Positions 37,389 through 46,950 are shown, counted from the stretch's first letter. The stretch: DNA of 64,000 bases from an uncultured Chloroflexia bacterium (GCA_963744095.1 CAVUSH010000003.1:90821-154820), one strand, 5' to 3'. The notes: generated by a model from the letters alone, not told the origin. Numbers and translations are program-made.

Positions 37389-39578
37389 TCAGGCCCCCGA
37401 GGCGGGATCGCCCGCGAAGACCCGCGCCAGCCAGCCCGCGGTGAGCTCGCGGGCGAGCGGCGCGCCCGCCACCCGGAATCCGCCCTTCGCGTCGAGCAGG
37501 GCCTCCGCCTGGCGGCGGGCGGCCCCGGCCAGGTCACGGTGGTCGGGGCGAGCCAGCGTCGCGACGCGGAGTCGCGGCAGACCGCTCTGGGCCAGGCCCA
37601 GGACGTCGCCCTCCCGGCGCAGAGCGAAGTCGGTCTCCGCCAGCTCGAAGCCGTCGAGGGTCCGCTGGACGGCGTCCAGGCGCTCGCCGGCCGCAGAGTC
37701 CCGGGCGACGTCGGCGACCAGCACGCACCACGACGCCGCGGTGCCGCGCCCGACGCGCCCGCGCAGCTGGTGCAGCTGGGCCAGCCCGAAGCGATCGGCG
37801 CCCTCGATGACCATCACGCTCGCTTCGGGCACGTCGACGCCGACCTCGACCACGCTCGTCCCGACCAGGACGTCCAGGCTGCCGTCGCGGAAGCGCGCCA
37901 TCTCCTCGTCGCGGACGGCCGCCTTCATCCGACCGTGGACGAGGCCCACCCGGAGGGGAGCCAGCAGGTCGCGCAGGCGCGCCGCCTCGGCCTCGGCCCC
38001 CGCCACGTTCTCCTCCTCGTCCTCCAATTCGTCGATGTGCGGAACCACCACGAACGCCCGGTGCCCGTCGGCGGCCTCGCGGCGGACGTGGTCCCAGAGC
38101 CGGTCGAGGTCGCCGGGGCGGCGGATCACGGTCCTGATGGGGACGCGTCCGGCCGGGACCGTCCGGAGGTTCGAGACGTCGAGGTCCGCGTAGACAACCT
38201 GGCCGACCGTCCGCGGGATGGGCGTCGCGGTCATCAGCAGGACGTGGGCGGCCCCATGCGTGGTCTTCGCCTCGAGGGCGCCGCGCTGCTCGACACCGAA
38301 GCGGTGCTGCTCGTCGACCACGACCAGGCCCAGGTTCGCGTAGCGCACCCGCTCGGAGAAGAGGGCGTGCGTGCCGACGACGACCGCGGCCCGCCCGTCG
38401 GCGATCGCACCCAGGGCATGCGCGGCGCCGGGACCCGACAGCGAGCCCGTCAGGAGCGTCACCGGGATCCCGAGCGGAGCAAGGAAGTCGCCGAGCGTGA
38501 CGGCGTGCTGCCGGGCGAGGAGGTCGGTCGGCGCAAGGAGGGCGCCCTGGACGCCCGCCTCCGCTGCCACGGCCAGCGCGTAGGCGGCCACCGCCGTCTT
38601 CCCCGATCCCACGTCGCCCTGGAGCAGTCGCAGCATCGGGTGGCGACCCGCCATGTCGCCGCGGACGTCGGTCATCGCCGCCGCCTGATCGCCGGTCAGC
38701 TGCACACCCGGCCCGAGCCGCGCGCCAAGAGCATCAACGAGGGCGCCCCGGATCGCGGCGTCGCGGTGGTCGGGGGTCGTCACGCTCACCGCCGCCGCCA
38801 CGACGCGCTGGCGCCGACGCGCCACCATGCCGACCTGGAGGGCGAGGAGCTCGTCGAAGGCGAGCCGCCGCAGCGCCGCGTCGCGACGCGGGAACTCGTC
38901 CGGGAAGTGGGCCTGCTCGAGGGCCACGGCGATCCCTTCGAGCCGCTCGGCAGCCAGCAGATCGGCCGGCAGGTACTCCGGATACGGCGGCCAGCGGTCC
39001 AGGGCAGCCCGGATCGCGGCCCGCAGCGCCTTGAGGGCAAGTCCCTCCGTGAGGCGGTAGACGGGCACGATCCGCCCGACATGGAGGAGGTCTCCCTCGG
39101 GGACCTGGAAGGCGGGATTGTCGAGAAGAACCCCGAAACCGTGCTTCTTGAGCCTGCCGGAGAACAGGTACTCGGTGCCCGGCAGCAGGCGGCGCTCCAC
39201 GAACTGCCGGCCGTACCACTGGGCCTCGGCGGACCCGGTCCCGTCGGTCAGCACCGCGGTCACCACGGGCGTTCGACGGCGCGCGGTGCGGCCCTGGCGG
39301 ACGCTCACCACGCGGGCTCGGGCGCTGACGATGCTGTCCGGATCGAGATACCGCAACGCCCCCAGGTCGTACACCGTCCGCAGGTCGTCGTAGCGTCGGG
39401 GGAGCCAGAGGAGGAGGTCGCGCACGGTCCGCAGGCCGATCCGCCCGCCGACGCGCCCGAGCGCCGCCGCCCCCGGGAGGCGGCTGACCCGGAGCGCCGT
39501 CGCGAAGACATCGGCGGGCGGAGACGCGGCCTGGGGATCGGCAGGTGCAGGCTTCGCACGCGCGCCCGGGGATGCCAC
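37389..39578 (-). CDS. recG: ATP-dependent DNA helicase RecG
   Basis: Wedge domain plus helicase motifs (LLQGDVGSGKT, VVDEQHRFG, LMTATPIPRT, QLRGRVGRG). The start is ambiguous: GTG at 39578 (preferred), or ATG at 39728, which would overlap yloV by 139 nt. Confidence 0.85.
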   Translation of the reverse strand: MASPGARAKPAPADPQAASPPADVFATALRVSRLPGAAALGRVGGRIGLRTVRDLLLWLPRRYDDLRTVYDLGALRYLDPDSIVSARARVVSVRQGRTARRRTPVVTAVLTDGTGSAEAQWYGRQFVERRLLPGTEYLFSGRLKKHGFGVLLDNPAFQVPEGDLLHVGRIVPVYRLTEGLALKALRAAIRAALDRWPPYPEYLPADLLAAERLEGIAVALEQAHFPDEFPRRDAALRRLAFDELLALQVGMVARRRQRVVAAAVSVTTPDHRDAAIRGALVDALGARLGPGVQLTGDQAAAMTDVRGDMAGRHPMLRLLQGDVGSGKTAVAAYALAVAAEAGVQGALLAPTDLLARQHAVTLGDFLAPLGIPVTLLTGSLSGPGAAHALGAIADGRAAVVVGTHALFSERVRYANLGLVVVDEQHRFGVEQRGALEAKTTHGAAHVLLMTATPIPRTVGQVVYADLDVSNLRTVPAGRVPIRTVIRRPGDLDRLWDHVRREAADGHRAFVVVPHIDELEDEEENVAGAEAEAARLRDLLAPLRVGLVHGRMKAAVRDEEMARFRDGSLDVLVGTSVVEVGVDVPEASVMVIEGADRFGLAQLHQLRGRVGRGTAASWCVLVADVARDSAAGERLDAVQRTLDGFELAETDFALRREGDVLGLAQSGLPRLRVATLARPDHRDLAGAARRQAEALLDAKGGFRVAGAPLARELTAGWLARVFAGDPASGA

Positions 39579-39589
39579 GGCCGGGTCCC

Positions 39590-41302
39590 CTACTCCACGC
39601 TGACGAGATACCGATAGTGCGGCTGGCCCCCGTGGCGGACCTCGACCTCCTCGACGGCCGGCCACGCGCCCTGCACGAGGCGGGCCAGGTGCTCGGCGTC
39701 CGCGAGGTCGGCCCCGTTGCCGTACCACAGCGTGACGAGGCTGAACCCCGGCTCGAGGGCCGCGATCCCGGCCAGCACCGCCCGCCCGTGATCGTCGTCG
39801 GCCGCAAGCAGCCCATCGTCCGGATCGAGGGCCATCGTCTGGCCACGGCGGACCTTCCGCCCCGAGACGACGGCGTCGCGCACGGCCTCGGTCACGAGCA
39901 GGGTCTGGACGGCGCGCCCAGCCGCGAGCATCAGCTCGGCGTTGCCGCTGGCCCCCGCCTCCGGGTCCACCTCGAGGAGGGCCGCGATCCCCTCCGCGAC
40001 GTTGCGCGTCGGCACGACCCGGACCGGTCGGTCGGCCATCTCGGCCGCCTGGCCGGCGGCAAGCTTCACGTTCGGGTTGTTCGGGAGAATCACGACCTCC
40101 TCGCCGGGTGAGGCGGTGATCGCTGCCAGGATCTCCCCGGCGCTCGGGTTCTCCGCCTGGCCGCCGCGCACGATGGAGACGTGCAGCCGCTCGTCGGCGA
40201 TGCCGAACGCCGCCAGCGCCTCGGCCAGCCCATCTCCCGCCGCGACGGCCACGATCCCGAGCGGGACGCGCGTGCCGGCCGTCCTGCCCCCGGGCGCGGC
40301 GGCCGCCGGAATCGCGTTGGCGGGCTGGACGTGTCCCGTCCGCGGCGCGGCCTCGCGTGCCTGACGGGCCTCGCGCACCTCGGCCGTCTGGTGGTCGAGG
40401 TCCACGATCGTGGCGTTCACGATCCGCCCAAGCTGCAGCGCCTGGCGGAGGACGAGGTCGGGTCGTCCGTTGTGGACGTGGATCTTGGCCGCCTTGGGGT
40501 CGCCGGCGACGTTGACCGACTCGCCGGTCCGCACGAGATAGCCCCGGATCCGGTCGAGGTCGAGAAGCTGCCCGGGAAACGGGTGAACGAGGTAGACCGT
40601 CTCGTAGCCATGGCCCGTCTCGAGGTGAACGAACTCCGCCGGCATCGGGCTGGGGATCCGCGGCGCGCGGACGGGGGCGGGCACGGCAACCTCGCCGCGC
40701 AGGTAGGCCAGGGCCCCTTCGAAGAGCCTGAGCAGGCCGGCCCCCCCGGAATCGACCACCCCGGCCTCGCGGAGGACCGGCAGGAGGCTCGGGGTCTTGT
40801 CGAGAGCGCGCGCCGCCGCGTGGGTCGCCGCCCAGAGCACCGCCTCAAGGTCGTTCGATCGCTCGGCAGTCTCGACGGCGACCGCCGACGCTTCACGGAT
40901 CACCGTGAGCATCGTGCCCTCGACCGGCCGCGGAACCGCCCCGTAGGCTGCCGTCGAGGCGAGGGCGAGCGCGTGGGCCAGGTCGAGCCCGTTGAAGCGG
41001 CGCTTCCCGGCGAAACCCTCGGCGAGCCCACGCACGACCTGGCTGAGGATGACGCCCGAGTTGCCCCGCGCGCCGAAGAGCGCTCCCTCGCGAAGGCGTT
41101 CGGCGACCACGTCGACGCTCGTGTCCTCGCGGACGTAGCCGAGCATCTCGCGACAGGTGGCCGCCATGTTCGAGCCCGTGTCGCCGTCGGGGACGGGGAA
41201 CACGTTGAGCGCGTTGATCTCGTCGATGTGCGCTTCGAGGTTGGCGACGGCGGCCCGGACGGCCTCGAGGAGCCCGGTGCCGTCACAGGCGAGGCGGACC
41301 AC
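39590..41302 (-). CDS. yloV: DAK2 domain fusion protein YloV
   Basis: N-terminal DAK2 domain (PDGDTGSNM...GARGNSGVILSQ) and a C-terminal DegV-like domain, lying downstream of Asp23 (yloU). Confidence 0.85.
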   Translation of the reverse strand: MVRLACDGTGLLEAVRAAVANLEAHIDEINALNVFPVPDGDTGSNMAATCREMLGYVREDTSVDVVAERLREGALFGARGNSGVILSQVVRGLAEGFAGKRRFNGLDLAHALALASTAAYGAVPRPVEGTMLTVIREASAVAVETAERSNDLEAVLWAATHAAARALDKTPSLLPVLREAGVVDSGGAGLLRLFEGALAYLRGEVAVPAPVRAPRIPSPMPAEFVHLETGHGYETVYLVHPFPGQLLDLDRIRGYLVRTGESVNVAGDPKAAKIHVHNGRPDLVLRQALQLGRIVNATIVDLDHQTAEVREARQAREAAPRTGHVQPANAIPAAAAPGGRTAGTRVPLGIVAVAAGDGLAEALAAFGIADERLHVSIVRGGQAENPSAGEILAAITASPGEEVVILPNNPNVKLAAGQAAEMADRPVRVVPTRNVAEGIAALLEVDPEAGASGNAELMLAAGRAVQTLLVTEAVRDAVVSGRKVRRGQTMALDPDDGLLAADDDHGRAVLAGIAALEPGFSLVTLWYGNGADLADAEHLARLVQGAWPAVEEVEVRHGGQPHYRYLVSVE

Positions 41303-41713
41303 CTACCGCGAGTCCCCGTCCGGGCGGGAGCCGTCGGGGTCGGCCGCGGCGGGGGCCTCCGCGCCCGGGGTGGTGAACGGGCCGGTGGCGAGCCCGGCCA
41401 CGTGGATCCGGACCGCGGCGATGTCGCGGTCGAGTGCCCGGCGCAGCGCGTAGCGGATCGCCGAGTCGACCTGGCGGGCGACCTCGGCGACGGGAAGCCC
41501 GGCCGCGATGATGAGACGGACGTCGACCGCCACCTCCGGCTGGACGTGGACCCGGATCGCTCGTTCGCCGAGGCGCAGGCGGCGCAGGAACGGCTCGGCG
41601 AGCCCGGTGACCCCGTAGCTGCCGAGCACGGCGGTCCGCACGATGTCCACGAGGGCGCGCTGCGTCACGAGGCTCCGGCCGGGCACGGCGGAGCGCGACG
41701 GCGCGTCGGGCAT
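41303..41713 (-). CDS. yloU: Asp23/Gls24 family protein (YloU-like)
   Basis: 136 aa with the LVDIVRTAVLGSYGVTGL...VHVAGL Asp23 pattern, paired with DAK2 as in Firmicutes yloU-yloV. Confidence 0.8.
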   Translation of the reverse strand: MPDAPSRSAVPGRSLVTQRALVDIVRTAVLGSYGVTGLAEPFLRRLRLGERAIRVHVQPEVAVDVRLIIAAGLPVAEVARQVDSAIRYALRRALDRDIAAVRIHVAGLATGPFTTPGAEAPAAADPDGSRPDGDSR

Positions 41714-41868
41714 GCGTGGTCCACCTCCGGGCTGGGCGGGCGGGCGCGGAACGATGTGCTAGCATACAGCCTCCCCGGAACCGGACCGGCGGCGCTTCGA
41801 CGTGCCGGTGACCGGATCGGCGGGCCGGGCCCACCCCGGTCCGCAAGCACTGCATCCAGAGGAACTCG

Positions 41869-42066
41869 ATGTCCCGTAGCTGCGCGATCTGCGGCAAGGC
41901 CGCGATGAGCGGCTTCAATCCGCAGTCGAGCGGGATGAACCGCGTCCGCACCCACCGGCGCCTCCAGCCGAACCTCCAGACGCTCGCCGTCATCGAGGGT
42001 GGCGTCGTGACCCGCAAGCTCGTCTGCACGCGCTGCAAGCGCACCCAGGCGAAGAAGCCCCGCTGA
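41869..42066 (+). CDS. rpmB: 50S ribosomal protein L28
   Basis: MSRSCAICGKAAMSGFNPQSSGMNRVRTHRRLQPNLQ, 65 aa. It is divergent from yloU. TAGCAT lies in the shared intergenic region. Confidence 0.9.
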   Translation: MSRSCAICGKAAMSGFNPQSSGMNRVRTHRRLQPNLQTLAVIEGGVVTRKLVCTRCKRTQAKKPR

Positions 42067-42071
42067 GCCCC

Positions 42072-42092
42072 GCCGGCCGCGACCCGGCCGGC
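42072..42092 (+). terminator. GC-rich hairpin downstream of rpmB (GCCGGCC-gcgaccc-GGCCGGC), no U-tract
   Basis: The inverted repeat is seen in sequence between the convergent rpmB and dtd genes. Confidence 0.3.
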
Positions 42093-42175
42093 CCCCTGGA
42101 CGCCCGGCCCGGTCCGTCCGCAGCGACCGGGCCAAGGGTGCGCCGGGCGCCACGCCCGCGGGTCCGGTCCCGGCG

Positions 42176-42622
42176 TCAGCGCTCGGCCGTGTCCAGCCAG
42201 ATCGTGAACGGGCCGTCGTTCACCAGCTCGACCTCCATCGAGGCCCCGAACCGGCCCCGCTCCGTTGGCACGCCGCGCTCCTCCAGGGCCATGCAGAAGC
42301 GGTCGTAGATCGCGGCCGCATGGGCCGGCTCGGCGGCCCCGGTGAACCCGGGGCGCCGCCCCCGTCGGGTGTCCGCGTAGAGGGTGAACTGGCTCACGGC
42401 GAGGACCGACCCACCGATGTCTGCGAGGGCGAGGTTCGTCCGCCCCTCGGCGTCGGCGTGGATCCGCAGCTCTTCAACCCGGCGAGCCAGCGCTCGGGCG
42501 GTGGTGGCATCGTCGTCCGGGGCGACGCCGAGCAGCACCAGGACTCCGCGGCCGATCGCCCCGACGACCCGGCCGTCCACCCGCACCTCGGCGCGCGACA
42601 CCCGCTGGACCAGGGCCCGCAC
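42176..42622 (-). CDS. dtd: D-aminoacyl-tRNA deacylase
   Basis: MRALVQRVSRAEVRV...SQFTLYAD...GPFTIWLD motifs. Confidence 0.9.
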   Translation of the reverse strand: MRALVQRVSRAEVRVDGRVVGAIGRGVLVLLGVAPDDDATTARALARRVEELRIHADAEGRTNLALADIGGSVLAVSQFTLYADTRRGRRPGFTGAAEPAHAAAIYDRFCMALEERGVPTERGRFGASMEVELVNDGPFTIWLDTAER

Positions 42623-43618
42623 CTAGGAGCTCCCCGACCCCGCCGGGTCCGCGGAGGGCGCACCCGCCGCGACACGCGCCGCCGCGGCCTCGTCGTTGAG
42701 GGCATCGCGGCGGGCGCCGAAGCGGTCCTCCACCCAGGCGGCCGCCACGCGGGGCACGAGGAGGTCCACGTCGCGAACACCGTCGGGCCCGACGAGCCCG
42801 CTCCCCCGGAGCATGACCACCGGCACTCCCGCGGCCTCGATCGCGTCGCGCAGGGGTTCGCCGAGCACGCGCGGCAGGCTCGCCAGCCGGACCATCTGCT
42901 CACGGGGCGCGGGCCGAACGCCGTCGTTGAGCTCCAGGGCGTAGCCCTCGTCCGCCAGCGCCCGCATGAGCCGGACCTCGCGACCGGGGTTGCGGCCTTT
43001 CGCGAAGAGGGCCGTGCCCGCGATGAGGACGTCAGCCCCGAGGCCGCCCACCAGCTCGGCGGTCTCGCGGTTCAGCCCGCCGTCCACGTGGACCTCGCCG
43101 CCCCACGGCTTCTCCGAGAGCAGCAGCCGCGCCTCAGGGATCTTGAGCTGCGCCACCTCGCGCATGAAGGCCTGGCCGCCGTGGCCCGGCTCGACCGTCA
43201 TGACCATCACGATGTCGAGCAGGCGCCGGTACGGCTCGAGCGCCGCCATCGGGGTCCCCGGTCGCATCGCCAGGCCGGCGGCCCGCCCGGCGGCCTTGAT
43301 CCGCCGCAGGAGAGGCTCGAGCGGCTCCTCCACCTCGACGTGGACGGTGATCGAGTCGCACCCGGCCGCCAGGAAGTCGTCGAGCCAGCGCCCGGGCTCC
43401 GCGATCATCAGGTGGGCGTCGAACGGCGCCTGGGTGACCGGGCGGAGCTGGGCGATCGTCGTCCACCCGAAGGTCAGGTTGGGGACGAAGTGGGCGTCCA
43501 TGACGTCGAGGTGGATCCGGTCGGCGCCGGCCTTGACGGCCCGCCGGACCTCGCGGGCCAGGTTCGCAAGGTCGCTGTTGAGGACGCTCGCGGCGATGAT
43601 GGCCCGGCCGTCGCCCAT
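42623..43618 (-). CDS. rpe: ribulose-phosphate 3-epimerase with a ~100-aa C-terminal minimal-nucleotidyltransferase-like extension
   Basis: An Rpe core of ~225 aa (HLDVMDAHFVPNLTFG...VDGG...LIAGTALF) is followed by LASLPRVLGEPLRDAIEAAGVPVVMLRGSGLVGPDGVRDVDLLV, which matches the GS-x9-11-D.D MNT motif. Confidence 0.8.
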   Translation of the reverse strand: MGDGRAIIAASVLNSDLANLAREVRRAVKAGADRIHLDVMDAHFVPNLTFGWTTIAQLRPVTQAPFDAHLMIAEPGRWLDDFLAAGCDSITVHVEVEEPLEPLLRRIKAAGRAAGLAMRPGTPMAALEPYRRLLDIVMVMTVEPGHGGQAFMREVAQLKIPEARLLLSEKPWGGEVHVDGGLNRETAELVGGLGADVLIAGTALFAKGRNPGREVRLMRALADEGYALELNDGVRPAPREQMVRLASLPRVLGEPLRDAIEAAGVPVVMLRGSGLVGPDGVRDVDLLVPRVAAAWVEDRFGARRDALNDEAAAARVAAGAPSADPAGSGSS

Positions 43619-44964
43619 CAGCGCCCGCCCGACGGTGCGGGGCGCCGACGCGCGGGTGGTGCCGGGCGGCGGGCGCCGGACGCGGGACGGCGGCCCGCGC
43701 CGGGACCCCCCGGCCGCGCAAGCGACCTTCCGGGCCTGCCGAGGCCCGCGGGAGCGGGCTCCGGGCTGCGCTCACCGCGGAGGGCGATTGCCGACGCGGC
43801 CTCGAGGAGCTCGCGCCGCCGGGCCACGGCCGGCGCCGGCGGCTCGCCGGCCTGCTCCGCAGCCAGCTGGCCACAGGCCGCTCCGACCTCCTGGCCGCGA
43901 TTGCGCCGAATGGTCACGCCCAGCCCTCCTGCCCGGAGTCGCTCGGCAAAGGCCGCGATCCGCGGCGGCGTGCTGGCTCGCCAGGGGGTGTGCGCCACGG
44001 GGTTCATCGGGATGCAGTTGACGTGGGCGCCGGAGCCGCGCAGGAGCCGCACGACCGCCTCGGCGTCGGCAGCGGTGTCGTTGATGCCGTCGATCAGCAC
44101 GTACTCGTAGCTGACGCGCCGGCCGGTCGCCTCCCCGTAGGCGCGTGCGGCGGCCACCACGTCCGCGACGGGCCAGCGGCGATTGAGCGGGACGAGGAGG
44201 TCGCGCAGCGGATCGCGGGCGGCGTGGAGGCTGATCGCCAGGGTCCACTGGGGCCGCAGCCGGGCGAGCCGCTCGATCCCCGGGACCACGCCCGACGTCG
44301 AGATCGTGATGTGGCGCGCTCCCAGCCCGAAGCGCGCCGGATCCGTGAGAGCTGTCGCGGCGTCCAGGACCGCGTCGAGGTTGAGGAGCGGCTCGCCCAT
44401 CCCCATGAAGACGACGTTCGTGAGATGGCCCCCGACGCCGGCCAGGCGGCGCCTGGCATGGCGCGCCTGGTCAACGATCTCGGCCACGTCAAGATCGCGG
44501 TCGAAGCCGAGCTCCCCGGTGGCACAGAACGGGCAGCCGACGGCACACCCCGCCTGGCTGCTGATGCAGAGGGTGTTCCGCTCCCGCCGGTCGGCGCCGC
44601 CCGGGTAGTGCATCAGGACGGACTCGACGAGCCGCCCGTCGGAGAGGCCGTGGAGGGCCTTCTGCGTCGTGGCGCCGTCGGCGACGCGGATCGTCGTGGC
44701 CGCGACGGTGTCGAAGCGGAGGCGCTCGGCGAGGGCCGTCCGGAGCGGCCGGGCGAGCGTGGTGACCTCGTCCCAGTCGGCGGCCGAGGACCGCCACGCG
44801 GCGTCGGCGACCTGGCGGGATCGGAACGCCGGCTCGCCCAGCCCTTCGACCAGGGCGTCGACCTCCGCCACGATGAGCCCGCCGACGCCGGGTCGGGGGT
44901 CGCCCGGAGCCGCCAGCACGGGGAGCGCGCGCGTGGCGGGGAAGGCCGTGGACGGATCGGTCAT
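43618..44964 (-). CDS. rlmN: 23S rRNA/tRNA m2A methyltransferase RlmN (radical SAM)
   Basis: GCAVGCPFCATG radical-SAM cysteine motif. The C-terminal ~90 aa of the ORF are low-complexity (Pro/Arg/Gly-rich). Confidence 0.85.
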   Translation of the reverse strand: MTDPSTAFPATRALPVLAAPGDPRPGVGGLIVAEVDALVEGLGEPAFRSRQVADAAWRSSAADWDEVTTLARPLRTALAERLRFDTVAATTIRVADGATTQKALHGLSDGRLVESVLMHYPGGADRRERNTLCISSQAGCAVGCPFCATGELGFDRDLDVAEIVDQARHARRRLAGVGGHLTNVVFMGMGEPLLNLDAVLDAATALTDPARFGLGARHITISTSGVVPGIERLARLRPQWTLAISLHAARDPLRDLLVPLNRRWPVADVVAAARAYGEATGRRVSYEYVLIDGINDTAADAEAVVRLLRGSGAHVNCIPMNPVAHTPWRASTPPRIAAFAERLRAGGLGVTIRRNRGQEVGAACGQLAAEQAGEPPAPAVARRRELLEAASAIALRGERSPEPAPAGLGRPGRSLARPGGPGAGRRPASGARRPAPPARRRPAPSGGR

Positions 44965-44974
44965 CGCGGTCGCC

Positions 44975-45913
44975 TCATCGTACCCGCGACCCGACAGCTG
45001 CGGGGTGTCCGCGCCGGTAGGCCGCCCCGTCCATCGGGCGACCGCCGGCCGGCTGGACGTGGAGGAGGCGGAGCCGGCCTCCTGCCGTCGACAGGGCGAG
45101 GCCGGCGCCGTCGGCGACCAGGGTGCCGGGAGCGTCCGCGGGGGCGTCGTCTGCCACTGCCGCGCGGAGGACGGCGAGCCGCCCGGCCGGTATCTCGACG
45201 AAGCTCCCGGGCCAGGGACGGAGGGCCCGGACCTGCCGCTCGAGGATCACCGCCGGCAGCGTCGCGTCCAGCCGTCCGTCGCCGCGCTCCAGCGGCCGGG
45301 ACACCGTGATGCCGGTGTCCGGCTGGGGGCGCGGGGTGACCTCGCCGCGGAGGTACGGGCCGACGGATCGGGCGACCAGCGCCGCCGCCATCCGGGCCAG
45401 CCGCGCCTCGAGCTCGGGTGCGTCGACGGCGGGATCGAGGGGAGTCCGCTCGACGGCAACCAGCGGACCCGTGTCCATCCCCGGATCCATCCGGAAGAGG
45501 GAGACGCCGGTCGTCGGGTCTCCGGCGAGGATCGTGGCCGGGATGGGCGCGGCCCCGCGATGGCGGGGCAGGAGCGACGGATGGACGTTCAGGATCCCGT
45601 GCGGCACCATCTCCAGCACCGCCGGGGGCAGGAGCTTGCCGTAGTCCGCGAGGACGCCGAGCGCAGGGTCCAGCGCCGCCAGCGCCTCGAGGAATCTCGG
45701 CTCGCGCAGCCGCTCCGGGGTGAGCAGCGGCAGGCCCATCGACGACGCTCGCGCGCCCACCGGGGTGGAAGCCAGCTCCCCCCGCCGCCCGGCCGGGCGG
45801 GGCGGCGCCGTCACCACCGCCTCGAGCGAGAGCTCGGGCGCCGTCGCGACGGCCTCGAGGACGGGGACGGCGAACGCGCCGGACCCGAAGAAGATCGTCC
45901 GGGCGCGCCCCAC
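44975..45913 (-). CDS. fmt: methionyl-tRNA formyltransferase
   Basis: TIFFGSGAFAVPVLEAV...NVHPSLLPRHRGAAPI motifs. GTG at 45913. The upstream part of ORF 44975..46006 is out-of-frame def. Confidence 0.85.
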   Translation of the reverse strand: MGRARTIFFGSGAFAVPVLEAVATAPELSLEAVVTAPPRPAGRRGELASTPVGARASSMGLPLLTPERLREPRFLEALAALDPALGVLADYGKLLPPAVLEMVPHGILNVHPSLLPRHRGAAPIPATILAGDPTTGVSLFRMDPGMDTGPLVAVERTPLDPAVDAPELEARLARMAAALVARSVGPYLRGEVTPRPQPDTGITVSRPLERGDGRLDATLPAVILERQVRALRPWPGSFVEIPAGRLAVLRAAVADDAPADAPGTLVADGAGLALSTAGGRLRLLHVQPAGGRPMDGAAYRRGHPAAVGSRVR

Positions 45914-45914
45914 G

Positions 45915-46472
45915 TCAGCCGCGGGAGGCCGCCTTCGCCTTCTCGGGGTCGATGCCGCGGCGCTCGAGCTCGGCGTTGACGTCGTCCTCCTCATCCTGGT
46001 CGCCACCGTGGCCGACCGGGATCAGCTCGTCGGGCGACGCGAGGTAGTCGATGTAGAGCTTCCCCTGCAGGTGATCGAGCTCGTGCTGCAGAGCTCGTCC
46101 AAGCAGGCCGGCGCCGGCGATCTTGACCTTCCGGCCGAGGCGGTTCTGGGACACGACCCAGACCTGCTCGCGCCGCGTCACGTAGGCGACGAAGCCCGGG
46201 ATGGACAGGCAACCCTCGAGGTCCCTGTCGTCGCCCTCGGCCCGGACGATCCGCGGATTGACCAGCTCGAGGAGCCGATCGCCGACCTCGACCACCGCCA
46301 CGTTGAGCGCCTCGCCGAGCTGCGGGGCCGCGAGGCCGACGCCCGGGGCGTGCCGCATCGTGTCGGTCAGGTCGTCGATCAGGTGGTGGAGCAGCTTGCC
46401 GAAGCTCTCGACGGGCTCCCCCCTGAGGCGTAGTCGCGGGTCACCGAGCGTGAGGATCGGGAGAACGCTCAT
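45915..46472 (-). CDS. def: peptide deformylase
   Basis: GVGLAAPQLG, EGCLSIPG and QHELDHLQG motifs. TATACT lies 6 nt upstream of the ATG, so the transcript is probably leaderless. Confidence 0.9.
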   Translation of the reverse strand: MSVLPILTLGDPRLRLRGEPVESFGKLLHHLIDDLTDTMRHAPGVGLAAPQLGEALNVAVVEVGDRLLELVNPRIVRAEGDDRDLEGCLSIPGFVAYVTRREQVWVVSQNRLGRKVKIAGAGLLGRALQHELDHLQGKLYIDYLASPDELIPVGHGGDQDEEDDVNAELERRGIDPEKAKAASRG

Positions 46473-46515
46473 GCCGCGAGTATACGAGACGCTCCTGGGC
46501 GAGCCCGCGCCCGGG

Positions 46516-46950
46516 TCAGGCCGGCGGCTCCTCCTCGCGCGCAGGCGCCTCCCCGGGCTCAGCCGTCGCGGAGTCGACGGGCGCCGGCGCGTCTCCCTCG
46601 ACGCCCCGGTGGCGCATGTCGTCCGCGAAGCGGCGCGACCGCTGGGCCACGCGAGTGCCGACGTCGCCGGTCACGTCAGCGGCGCGGCGGGCGATGGGTC
46701 CCGCCTTCTCCCCCGCCACGGCGGCGAGCTCGGCGGCCTTGACCGCCACGTCGCGGGCGACCGGCCCGGCCTCGGTGGTGACCCGGTCGATCATCTGCTG
46801 GAGCTGCGCGAGCCACTCGCGGCCCTGGGAGCTCCTGGCCTCCTCGCCGCCGGGCGGCGCGGGTGGGGCCCCCGCGGGCGGGACCTCGCCATGCGCAGCA
46901 GGCTCGGGTTCGGGATCGGTCCCGGGGAGCGGGTTCATCTCTTCCGTCAT
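46516..46950 (-). CDS. hypothetical acidic/Pro-rich protein, 144 aa
   Basis: The ATG at 46950 has an AAGGAG SD. A Pro/Glu-rich N-terminus is followed by an Ala-rich predicted helical region. No recognisable family. Confidence 0.55.
   Translation of the reverse strand: MTEEMNPLPGTDPEPEPAAHGEVPPAGAPPAPPGGEEARSSQGREWLAQLQQMIDRVTTEAGPVARDVAVKAAELAAVAGEKAGPIARRAADVTGDVGTRVAQRSRRFADDMRHRGVEGDAPAPVDSATAEPGEAPAREEEPPA

Noticed and set aside
33431-41713. Two Asp23 paralogues plus the DAK2 protein as a possible novel system.
   Set aside because: asp23-nusB and yloU(Asp23)-yloV(DAK2)-recG are well-known conserved arrangements in Gram-positive-type genomes, so they are not novel.
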